Source of the DNA: Methanobacteriota archaeon
GTDB lineage: Archaea; Thermoplasmatota; Poseidoniia; Poseidoniales; Thalassarchaeaceae
Length of the DNA stretch: 48,985 bases
Direction: 5' to 3'
Assembly: GCA_002717835.1 (NCBI GenBank)
Contig: PBBV01000008.1
Location: 2,152-51,136 of the forward strand
Shown here: positions 9,841-18,178 of the stretch, one piece after another
Layout of the letters: the number at the start of each line of letters is the position of its first letter
Position numbering within the stretch: the first letter of the stretch is position 1
Program-made: the position numbers and the translations under genes
Notes under the pieces: generated by a model
Told to the model about the DNA's origin: nothing
Database searches by the model: none
What the model saw: only the letters and a program-made list of their open reading frames with translations

Positions 9841-10244
9841 TCCGCACTCAAACTTTCAATCACCTTTCTGGCGCTTGAAAGTACGTTTTTTTCCTGTTCA
9901 AACGTCAGTTGGTTAACCGCATTTTCGATATCTAGCCACAGAAAATTGGTATGCTCATGTGACAATTTCACCTGAAATTCATCGGTTGTGGCTAGATACC
10001 AATAGACCTGCTTCTGATTCGTAGAGCCCTTCCTGGAATAGGAATATTCAGTTCGATGAGACCATGACGGGATAATTCGTATCTTCTCAATTCCAGTTTC
10101 TTCGAGCAGTTCTCGCCTAGCAGTAGAATGATGATCCTCGCCCCCCTCTACGTGCCCTTTTGGGAAGCTCCAATGTCCTTGCGGGTATTGCAGCAGAAGT
10201 ATACTCCGATGATTGGCGAGTATGAATCCGCAAGATGTCTCCAT
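9837..10244 (-). CDS. Nudix hydrolase, Ap4A hydrolase-like
   Basis: Nudix box GHVEGGEDHHSTARRELLEETG, plus HWSFPKG and LSHEH typical of asymmetrical Ap4A hydrolases. Confidence 0.88.
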   Translation of the reverse strand: METSCGFILANHRSILLLQYPQGHWSFPKGHVEGGEDHHSTARRELLEETGIEKIRIIPSWSHRTEYSYSRKGSTNQKQVYWYLATTDEFQVKLSHEHTNFLWLDIENAVNQLTFEQEKNVLSSARKVIESLSAD

Positions 10245-10320
10245 GTGGACCGGTTGATAGAGGGTGGGAAGAACCCTTGGGAGGCGGAAGCGATACATCA
10301 TGGTGGCTTCAGGAATAGCC

Positions 10321-11292
10321 ATGGCGGATGTCGACGGTTTGGAAATAACAAGGATTCTGACGGACAGTGACCTTGATGGGGTCCTTTCAGGGGCGATTTT
10401 ACTCAGAAGGTGGCCTGAAGCGGAGGTTGTGTTCGGTCATCCCGGCGCCTTGAAAAATGGCCTCTATGACGATTTTATCAACGGCGAAACTGCCATTTGT
10501 GATCTTCCCTATCATTCTAATTGTGGTTTATCCATAGACCATCATCTTTCCAACAAGCCAGATTCTGAAGGCGGGGTGCGTGTCTGGGAATCGGCACCCT
10601 CGGCAGCCAGAGTCGCAGCAAACCTCCTAGGCCACATTATCGACCTGGAGGATCTCTCAGAGGCTTTGAAATGGACCGACCGACTAGATGGAGGAAGGGT
10701 AACGAGAGAGGAATATCTCTCAGAAGAGCCGATGGTATGGATTGGACGATCCATTGGTGTCGGAGAGGAAGTGGCTAGGACAGCCATGCATCTCTTTTCT
10801 TCCGGCCTCACGCCTTACGAGATATCGGAAACGAATGTCATAAAAGATGCTATTGCTCAAAGAAAAAGGGAGAATGAAATATTGAAAATAGAAATACAAG
10901 AACGGTTGGAAATTGTGGATCGTTTGGCAATTGTTCGTATGCATGGTTTAGGAATGCGGTCGAATGGGTATGCTGTGACAGCTTTTGCGGGGGATGCTTG
11001 CGATGCCTGTTTGATAACGCATGGAGACCTGGGGGTTTCCTTCGGGGAAGAAGATGGCTATCCCGTTTCTGCTTCATTCTATACGAATTCGTTTCTCCAC
11101 AAAGATGGAGGGATATTCAACCTAACCACTCTTGCATGTCGATTTGATCCTGATGGTGGAGGGCACAAAGACGCATGCGGATGCCGCATAAAGGCGCTGG
11201 AAGGGTCATCTGTAGTCGATAGAGATGTTACAGTGGAAGACATTGAGTCTAATATCGAAAAATGGATTGATCTTTGGTCCAAACGAATTTGA
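10321..11292 (+). CDS. DHH-family phosphoesterase (nanoRNase/pAp phosphatase/exopolyphosphatase-like)
   Basis: DSDLDG, CDLP, IDHH and C-terminal GGGH motifs. Confidence 0.85.
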   Translation: MADVDGLEITRILTDSDLDGVLSGAILLRRWPEAEVVFGHPGALKNGLYDDFINGETAICDLPYHSNCGLSIDHHLSNKPDSEGGVRVWESAPSAARVAANLLGHIIDLEDLSEALKWTDRLDGGRVTREEYLSEEPMVWIGRSIGVGEEVARTAMHLFSSGLTPYEISETNVIKDAIAQRKRENEILKIEIQERLEIVDRLAIVRMHGLGMRSNGYAVTAFAGDACDACLITHGDLGVSFGEEDGYPVSASFYTNSFLHKDGGIFNLTTLACRFDPDGGGHKDACGCRIKALEGSSVVDRDVTVEDIESNIEKWIDLWSKRI

Positions 11293-11335
11293 TTTTTCTA
11301 CGATGCGTTGATGTACGCTTCCTGACGGGGGATGG

Positions 11336-14300
11336 GTGTCGGAGCACCACACCATGGAGAATCAACTTCTCGAATGTCTCGAAGCAATGTCCGCTGCAGG
11401 GGATGATGAACGTACACGCTTGAGCCGTGTCGCCCGGAATATCGGATATGAAGAGCTCACGAAACCTTGGAAGGGGCTAGCAAAAATTGCCGCCTCCAAA
11501 ATGGCGCCGAAAGGAGTGGAAGATACAGGGGGATCGAATAGATCTGTTCGACGTAGTGGAAGAAGAACCGTGCGCGATAGAAGGGCGCGCAATCCGGTCC
11601 AGGATGTAATCGACAACATGGAAGAAGAGAATGCTGGCTATCGTCTGTGTCGGATTCTCCTAATTGCAAATAACGACTCAGACGTCTCTAAATCCGAAGC
11701 TGAGTCAATCAGAAATGAGTGTGAGAAGGGTCTTCACCCCGTGTGGGAGCGGCTCGCCCGTGAAGCGCCCATATTTGCCGAATTGAGTAGGTTTCCCGTC
11801 AAACAGCAGGAACGAAATACAGGTGATATCAATTTCTGGTCCGAATCAGCGAGATTTGATCCCCTTAATCATATGGAAGTTGGTTCTTGGTTGAATATTG
11901 AGCCTCCATTCTCCCTGTCGAGCGGCCAAAGAAGAGCGTTGAATCTACTAAGAAAGGAATACTCATCGAAGGTCGTCGTAAAGAGGGTCAAAGGGTACCT
12001 CAGCAATATTGAGGGAGGGAACCAATTGGAAGATTTTCTGTACAGCATAATCGGATCTTCGATAGGTGAAAATGTCGTAGAACGGCTTGAAAACGCTGTT
12101 AAAAATGATGGGATCAAAGAAGTCGCAGAGATGCACCTTGTTCTCAACAAAATGAGGTATGGAAATGGATCGAACGTAGCTTCGAACTGGATAGGAAAAG
12201 AAGATGCTGATCCCCTTGTTTCTTCCATAGTTCTCGAGGCTTGGAAACACATTGACTTGGATGAGACTGATTTGGATATCAAGAGTCTTCTATCTGGAGG
12301 TAGCCTGCTAGATGTCCACGGAGAGCTATGGCCAAATGACCTTTCATGCAAAATTGTGAGTCTGCTGATTGAAGCTGAAAGATACGAGGAGGCTGCCAAA
12401 ATATTGATTCAGAAGACAATCGATGCCAAGGAATGCCTCATTCTTGGAGCAAGTATTCCTCTGGAAGACTCTGCCCTTCAATCTGTCATACAAGATTCGG
12501 TCAAACGTTTGAGTTCCGAGGTGTTGAAGGAAATACTTGAGGATAAATCACTGACTGTTGGCGTGAAAATATTAGTTGCACGGGCGCTCATAGAGAGAGA
12601 AGACGTTTCTTACGGTGATAGCAAACTTGCAGACGTCCTAACATTGGGATGTGAAATTGAAATGCTTGCTAAGATACTCGTAGGTAGTGGAGAACTAGGG
12701 TCTCCCTTGAGGGGTTTGCTGGTTTGGCATCTACTTCCTGCTCATCTTGGTGTGAACCATTCTGACGAAATCCTGTCGCTTCGCAGAACATCTCTAACAT
12801 CCCTAAAAATAATTGAAGATGAATGCATAAGCGATGTGTCCATTGCATTGCTGTCTGTGATGAATGGGTTCTCAAAAGATTTAGCTGCCCTTCATGAGTT
12901 GCTCGGAAGCAAAGGTGTGATAGAGTTGAATCAAACCAGGAGAGCTCTGCTTTCGGAAGGGTCTGGAATCGTCAAAGAAAGCGTTCTCGAGCAACTTTCT
13001 AGATCTTCGGAGGCGGCTAATATGAATGAGATCGAAAGAGGTCTGTTCAGATCGTTGATAATGTCCTTGAGGCTGAATCGTGCTCGTGTTGACCTGCACA
13101 TGCAGACTGATGAAAAACGCGAGTCGGCGATATCTTCTCTTTCTTCAATTATGCAAACAAGACCTCCTTCCATGGAGATTCTAATATCGATATCAGAAAT
13201 TGTTGAAGAACACAGCCTTCCAATTCAAGAATTGGATGATTGGTATCGAAAATACGCTCCAGACACAATTTCTGCTCAAATAGCTAGGGCTGGGATTTGG
13301 TTAGGCAAAGGAGACCATCGGAACGCGGGTAGGGCTTTCAGGGAAGCTGCAAATCGCTCCAGTGGTTTCGAAGCTCGAACTGCATTGAATCGTAAGGCAT
13401 TGATTCAGCTCGCGCACGCCAAGGCTTGGAAAGATGCTGTCAACCTGATTGAAAGAAACGAAGAGTTACTAGCTGCCATAACAAAAAAGTTCCAACTGTT
13501 TCTCAGGGTGTGCAATGAATATGAAAATGGAAAGAAAGATTCGGCAACCGGTCTCATAGTGAATTACATCAAAAATTCTACACGTGACATGTCTGATGAA
13601 ATTTCCAATTTAGAGGGGTACTCCTCTGAGTTGGGGCTTCCTAGCGAGCCGTTTGAAGGTAGATTGAAAGCGGCAGTGAAGCGTCTAGAACGTTCTGAGC
13701 GAAGGAGGGGGATTGGTCGGGAAGATGATTGGAAAGAGGCTCTTAATGATGCAAAGACAGTAATCGATGTCGACGATATTGCAACTCAGCAGGCGGAATT
13801 GAAGCCTCTTGCGGGGCTAAGAGTATTCCAATCCGCGATTAGATCCGGATTCTTCGATGATAAAGATGTCAAGAGACTTCGCGGAGTGTTGAGGATTAAA
13901 TTTACAGAGTTAGAGAGGTCAATACCGATAAGAGATCGAAAGATATTCGAGATATCCGGACTGAAACCATTGGTTATAGTAGACACAAATATACTCATAC
14001 AGGCATTCAAAGACGAGCTTCTCAGTAGAGTTTCAACCGATGGATTTGGACAGCTTGTTTGGTCGATGGAACGGGCCTTCCAATGGGAATTGCGGCGAAG
14101 GGGAAATAGTGGTAACATAATGCTACACGTCCCATCCGCCGTAAAGGGAGAATTCGCCAACAGGACCCGGGACGTGAAGTCTGCTAGGAGTTTGTTCGAC
14201 GGGGAATATCAAGATCAGGTCTTGTGGTCCAAAATAGAAGAAGGTGAGTTACAGGATATTCGGAGGAACGTTATCGAACTATTCGACACGGTTTCTCTTT

Positions 14301-14659
14301 CGTTTAAGGGGAATTCGGATTTAGAAATCGGATTGAGTGATTTCCTAATCAAGCACGAGGGGATATTTGAGCGAATTGATGAGAGAAAGCGCATTCTAAG
14401 AGATGACGAGCCTGCGAGATCTGTTATTGGAGGGCGGGCAATATACCCTGAAACAGGGGATCTGAAGATAATGCTCGATGCAGCCAGTCTCGCATCCTAC
14501 ACGAGCGCTACGTCATCTAACCTGAAGAAAATCGGTTCGATACATGTAGCGACTCGTGATTCAGACTTTAGGATGATCAGAAGGTCGTTAGAAGAGACTT
14601 ACGGTTTCAGTGTGGTGAGTGATGCTGGAGAAGTCTCAAAATTAGTGCCGTCTCAATAG
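11336..14659 (+). CDS. Large alpha-helical/TPR-like protein with C-terminal PIN domain
   Basis: 1107-aa ORF. PIN acidic set IVDTN..VKGEF..TGDL..ATRDSDF from about 13970. TPR-like helices at about 13270-13530. Start GTG 11336 or ATG 11354. Confidence 0.8.
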   Translation: MSEHHTMENQLLECLEAMSAAGDDERTRLSRVARNIGYEELTKPWKGLAKIAASKMAPKGVEDTGGSNRSVRRSGRRTVRDRRARNPVQDVIDNMEEENAGYRLCRILLIANNDSDVSKSEAESIRNECEKGLHPVWERLAREAPIFAELSRFPVKQQERNTGDINFWSESARFDPLNHMEVGSWLNIEPPFSLSSGQRRALNLLRKEYSSKVVVKRVKGYLSNIEGGNQLEDFLYSIIGSSIGENVVERLENAVKNDGIKEVAEMHLVLNKMRYGNGSNVASNWIGKEDADPLVSSIVLEAWKHIDLDETDLDIKSLLSGGSLLDVHGELWPNDLSCKIVSLLIEAERYEEAAKILIQKTIDAKECLILGASIPLEDSALQSVIQDSVKRLSSEVLKEILEDKSLTVGVKILVARALIEREDVSYGDSKLADVLTLGCEIEMLAKILVGSGELGSPLRGLLVWHLLPAHLGVNHSDEILSLRRTSLTSLKIIEDECISDVSIALLSVMNGFSKDLAALHELLGSKGVIELNQTRRALLSEGSGIVKESVLEQLSRSSEAANMNEIERGLFRSLIMSLRLNRARVDLHMQTDEKRESAISSLSSIMQTRPPSMEILISISEIVEEHSLPIQELDDWYRKYAPDTISAQIARAGIWLGKGDHRNAGRAFREAANRSSGFEARTALNRKALIQLAHAKAWKDAVNLIERNEELLAAITKKFQLFLRVCNEYENGKKDSATGLIVNYIKNSTRDMSDEISNLEGYSSELGLPSEPFEGRLKAAVKRLERSERRRGIGREDDWKEALNDAKTVIDVDDIATQQAELKPLAGLRVFQSAIRSGFFDDKDVKRLRGVLRIKFTELERSIPIRDRKIFEISGLKPLVIVDTNILIQAFKDELLSRVSTDGFGQLVWSMERAFQWELRRRGNSGNIMLHVPSAVKGEFANRTRDVKSARSLFDGEYQDQVLWSKIEEGELQDIRRNVIELFDTVSLSFKGNSDLEIGLSDFLIKHEGIFERIDERKRILRDDEPARSVIGGRAIYPETGDLKIMLDAASLASYTSATSSNLKKIGSIHVATRDSDFRMIRRSLEETYGFSVVSDAGEVSKLVPSQ

Positions 14660-15309
14660 TCTATTCTTGACCAGGTTGCTCTGTATCGTGTTGTGGAAGG
14701 ATCGTCCTCTGGCAGTGTAGCTTTGATCATGCTCATTTGACCTAGCGGCTGACCTACGCTTTCGATGAATGCCCGCTTTAGAGGCCACGGGGGCCCCTCG
14801 TGTGGTGTGCCGTTTTCATCCAATCTGCCAATACAGACCAGATGCCCGCCATCGGCGACGAACAAGGGAAGTTTGCGTGCTGCTTCACGTCGAATGTTAT
14901 CAGGAATTGCTTGTAAAATGTGGACTTCTAGGACCAATCCAAATTCGTCCTCCCAATCATTAGGAGGGTTGAGCAAATCCGCTACAATCCACTCAATGTT
15001 ACTTTTTTCATATCTTTTTTTTGCCCACTCGACCGCAGATGGTGATATGTCAAACGCAACTACGTCCCATCCTATTTTATCGAGGAAAACAGCGTCTTCG
15101 CCAAGACCACATCCCACAACTAAAGCTCGACCGGGGGGCTTACCAATTGCCCATTCGACCACGAATGGATTAGGATGGCCATCTGACCAAGGTATCCATC
15201 TATCGTTGCCTTGGGCAGAGAAATATAGCTCTTCAAACCACGAGAGGGGGTCATTGGTAGATGCAGCTGCATCAGACATCTGCTTCAGTCTGATTCTTAT
15301 TTCATCCAT
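14653..15309 (-). CDS. Class I SAM-dependent methyltransferase (thiopurine/thiol methyltransferase-like)
   Basis: ALVVGCGLGEDA motif I, AFDISPSAV, IPW and GPPW motifs. Confidence 0.85.
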   Translation of the reverse strand: MDEIRIRLKQMSDAAASTNDPLSWFEELYFSAQGNDRWIPWSDGHPNPFVVEWAIGKPPGRALVVGCGLGEDAVFLDKIGWDVVAFDISPSAVEWAKKRYEKSNIEWIVADLLNPPNDWEDEFGLVLEVHILQAIPDNIRREAARKLPLFVADGGHLVCIGRLDENGTPHEGPPWPLKRAFIESVGQPLGQMSMIKATLPEDDPSTTRYRATWSRIDY

Positions 15310-15393
15310 GCTATGCTCATTGGGTATCCGCTCAAATGTCCTTCCCTGACTCGTGTTAGCATGCTATGAAGCCAAATTGTTTAACCAGGCTCA

Positions 15394-15400
15394 TATAAAA
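15394..15400 (+). promoter_or_regulatory. Putative TATA box of the proteorhodopsin gene
   Basis: TATAAAA about 38 nt upstream of ATG 15438. Confidence 0.5.
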
Positions 15401-15437
15401 CCTAAGTGTTAAAGATGAAGTGCCCGACAGAAGGGCC

Positions 15438-16241
15438 ATGGAGCTTAAACAACGTATTGACAAAAGAAAGACTGCGATCTTTGGCGGTTCTATGGCATTG
15501 GCTCTGTTAGCCTTGCCATCCGTGGCCGCTGAGACTCAGATACTTGCAGAAAATGACTGGGTGGGAATCAGCTTCTGGATAGCAACAGCAATGATGCTAG
15601 CCTCGACTGTATTCTTCCTAGTAGAAAGGCAAAATGTGCCTGACAAGTGGAAGACATCGATGACAGTGGCCGCATTGGTCACTGGTGTTGCATGGTACCA
15701 CTACACATACATGCGCGAAGTCGCAGTTATGGATGGCGGTGGATCACCACTTGTCTACAGATACATCGACTGGCTGATCACCGTGCCACTGCAGGTAGTA
15801 GAGTTCTACCTGATCATGGCAGCTATCGGAGCCGCGACATTTGCAATGTTCAGGAACCTAATGGTTGCATCACTCGTGATGCTAGTAGCAGGGTTCTTCG
15901 GAGAGTCTGGAGCTATGGACTCAGTAGTCGATCTAGGTGCAACAGTATGGTGGATCATTGGAATGGCAGGATGGGGTTACATCCTCTATGCCCTCTGGCA
16001 AGGAGACGTCAAGGAAGCATCTGCTTCTGGTAGCGACGGTGTCCAGTTCGCATTCACATCAATGCGATGGATCGTTACAGTCGGATGGGCAATTTACCCA
16101 ATCGGCTACATGATGGGTAACGACATGATCAGCGGCTTCAATGCCGATGACATGAACATCATCTACAACATCGCCGACTTGGTCAACAAGACCGCGTTCG
16201 GTATGATGGTCTGGTACGCAGCAACAATGGACGCCGAATAA
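15438..16241 (+). CDS. Proteorhodopsin (DTE proton pump, Gln at tuning position 105)
   Basis: Signal peptide, WYHYTYMR (His75), RYIDWLITVPLQVVEF (R94/D97/T101/Q105/E108), WAIYPIGY, NIADLVNK (retinal-binding Lys). Confidence 0.96.
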   Translation: MELKQRIDKRKTAIFGGSMALALLALPSVAAETQILAENDWVGISFWIATAMMLASTVFFLVERQNVPDKWKTSMTVAALVTGVAWYHYTYMREVAVMDGGGSPLVYRYIDWLITVPLQVVEFYLIMAAIGAATFAMFRNLMVASLVMLVAGFFGESGAMDSVVDLGATVWWIIGMAGWGYILYALWQGDVKEASASGSDGVQFAFTSMRWIVTVGWAIYPIGYMMGNDMISGFNADDMNIIYNIADLVNKTAFGMMVWYAATMDAE

Positions 16242-16275
16242 TCGGATAGTCTAGCTGATTACTGACAGACGTAAA

Positions 16276-16318
16276 GGACCGAGGTCGCTGAACGCGGCCT
16301 CGGTCCCCTAATTTTTTT
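16276..16318 (+). terminator. Hairpin plus T-tract terminator between convergent rhodopsin and icd genes
   Basis: GGACCGAGGTCGC-tgaac-GCGGCCTCGGTCC forms a 13-bp stem (one G-U), followed by TTTTTTT at 16312-16318. Confidence 0.75.
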
Positions 16319-16334
16319 CTTTCATGTACATCGA

Positions 16335-17558
16335 TCACATGTGATGTGTGACTGCTTTGCCGAAATCACTGCATGATAATAGAGTGGCGTCGTCCATAAG
16401 TCGTTCGAAATCATAGGTGACTGTCTTTGCAGAGATGGCTCCTTCCATTCCCTTGACAATCAAATCAGCAGCTTCGAACCAACCCATGTGACGTAGCATC
16501 ATCTCTGCTGATAGTATTAGTGACCCTGGATTTACTTTATCTTGTCCTGTATATTTCGGCGCTGTTCCGTGAGTCGCCTCAAAAATGGCTATGCCGGATT
16601 CATAGTTGATATTCGCACCGGGCGCGATTCCTATACCCCCGACTTGAGCAGCGAGAGCGTCAGAAATATAGTCTCCATTGAGATTCATTGTCGTAAGGAC
16701 GCTGTATTCTCGTGGCCTTGTTAGAACCTGCTGAAGCATTGCGTCGGCGATAACATCTTTGATTATAATTTGATTACCATTTTTGGGGTTGTTGAGAATG
16801 CACCAAGGACCGCCATCAAGCTCCTTTGCCCCAAACTCCTCGCGCGCAATTTTGTAGCCCCAATCTCTGAATCCTCCCTCTGTAAATTTCATTATATTTC
16901 CCTTGTGCACGAGTGTTACACTTGGCTTATCCTCAGAAATAGCATGGTTGATTGCTGCTCGAACAATTCTTGCCGTGCCTTCTTTGCTGACTGGTTTGAT
17001 GCCTATACCTGATGTTCCTGGGAATCTAATCTTAGTCACGCCCATCTCAGTCTCAAGAAAATTAATCACCTTCTTTGCTCCCTCGCTTTCGGCTTCCCAT
17101 TCGATTCCTGCGTATACATCTTCACTGTTCTCTCTGAAGATGATCATATCAACTGCGGCTGGATCCCTTACAGGGCTGGGCGTTCCAGAATACCAGCGAA
17201 CGGGCCTTACACAAGCGTACAGATCCAGTTTTTGTCGAAGTGCCACATTCAGACTTCTGATTCCGCCGCCTACAGGAGTGGTCAAAGGTCCCTTTATCGA
17301 AACTAGTCCGTTTCTCATGGAGTTGAGTGTTGCTTCAGGCAGCCACTCTCCTGTTTTGTCAAAGGCTTTCTGCCCGGCTAAAACCTCTTTCCAAGTGATC
17401 TTCCTTTTGTCCGAATATGCCTTTTCTACGGCCTTGTCAACTACCTGCATCATTACTGGACTTATGTCTACGCCTATTCCATCGCCCTCGATGTAGTGGA
17501 TTATCGGGTCTTCAGGCACGAAGATGGTCTGTCCTTTTTTCTCAATTTGTGTCCCCAT
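16335..17558 (-). CDS. icd: Isocitrate dehydrogenase (NADP-dependent, E. coli-type)
   Basis: [55 protein letters not shown]. Confidence 0.97.
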   Translation of the reverse strand: MGTQIEKKGQTIFVPEDPIIHYIEGDGIGVDISPVMMQVVDKAVEKAYSDKRKITWKEVLAGQKAFDKTGEWLPEATLNSMRNGLVSIKGPLTTPVGGGIRSLNVALRQKLDLYACVRPVRWYSGTPSPVRDPAAVDMIIFRENSEDVYAGIEWEAESEGAKKVINFLETEMGVTKIRFPGTSGIGIKPVSKEGTARIVRAAINHAISEDKPSVTLVHKGNIMKFTEGGFRDWGYKIAREEFGAKELDGGPWCILNNPKNGNQIIIKDVIADAMLQQVLTRPREYSVLTTMNLNGDYISDALAAQVGGIGIAPGANINYESGIAIFEATHGTAPKYTGQDKVNPGSLILSAEMMLRHMGWFEAADLIVKGMEGAISAKTVTYDFERLMDDATLLSCSDFGKAVTHHM

Positions 17559-17636
17559 GCTCTTCCCTCAATCTCACTGGCCAGTGACTCCCTCATGAAG
17601 CCAACCCTCATGATAGGGCTTCGTTGAGGTTCACAC

Positions 17637-18026
17637 ATGCAGGGCATGGTGCGGTGGAAAGGAGACGGGTTTGAAGGTAAGACTGGGGGAGGTAAAGAGT
17701 TCTCTATCTATGACGATTCTTCGCCTAGCCCTATGGAGATGGTTCTCCATGCACACGCAACATGCTCACTCATTGATGTTATTGGTGGGCTCAAAGAAAG
17801 ACGTGCCGGCCTCAGAGAGGCTCGCATCGATATTGACTCTGTCAGATCTGAAAACTCTCCAAGGGTTTTCGAGAAGGTGCATTTTGTTTATGTAATCAAA
17901 GGAGACGTCCCCAAGACCCTCATTGAGAGGATCATACACCGATCCCATGAGTCCTTGTGTTCTGTCGGAATTATGCTGACTCGTGGTGGTTTAGACCTCA
18001 CTTGGGAGCTTGATTTTGAATCCTAA
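17637..18026 (+). CDS. OsmC/YhfA-family protein
   Basis: PSPMEMVL..ATCS and SLCSV cysteine pair, 129 aa. Confidence 0.85.
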   Translation: MQGMVRWKGDGFEGKTGGGKEFSIYDDSSPSPMEMVLHAHATCSLIDVIGGLKERRAGLREARIDIDSVRSENSPRVFEKVHFVYVIKGDVPKTLIERIIHRSHESLCSVGIMLTRGGLDLTWELDFES

Positions 18027-18178
18027 ATTAGGTAAAGAGGTGTCTGCTGATACTCCAATCATGAGTCGTATTGTCGTATCTTGGAGATTCTCCTAGAGAA
18101 CCATTAAACACCCCCCAGTGTCGATGCTGAATCCCTCGCTCTGAATTTTCGGGGCGAGTGCGAGGAGTAGTTGATACC

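Noticed and set aside
14765-17496. Long antisense ORFs (14765-15349 and 16903-17496)
   Set aside because: They fully overlap well-supported genes on the opposite strand and carry no motifs.
18027-18178. Cobalamin riboswitch or NrdR box upstream of nrdJ
   Set aside because: No recognisable B12-box or NrdR consensus. An Rfam scan would be decisive.
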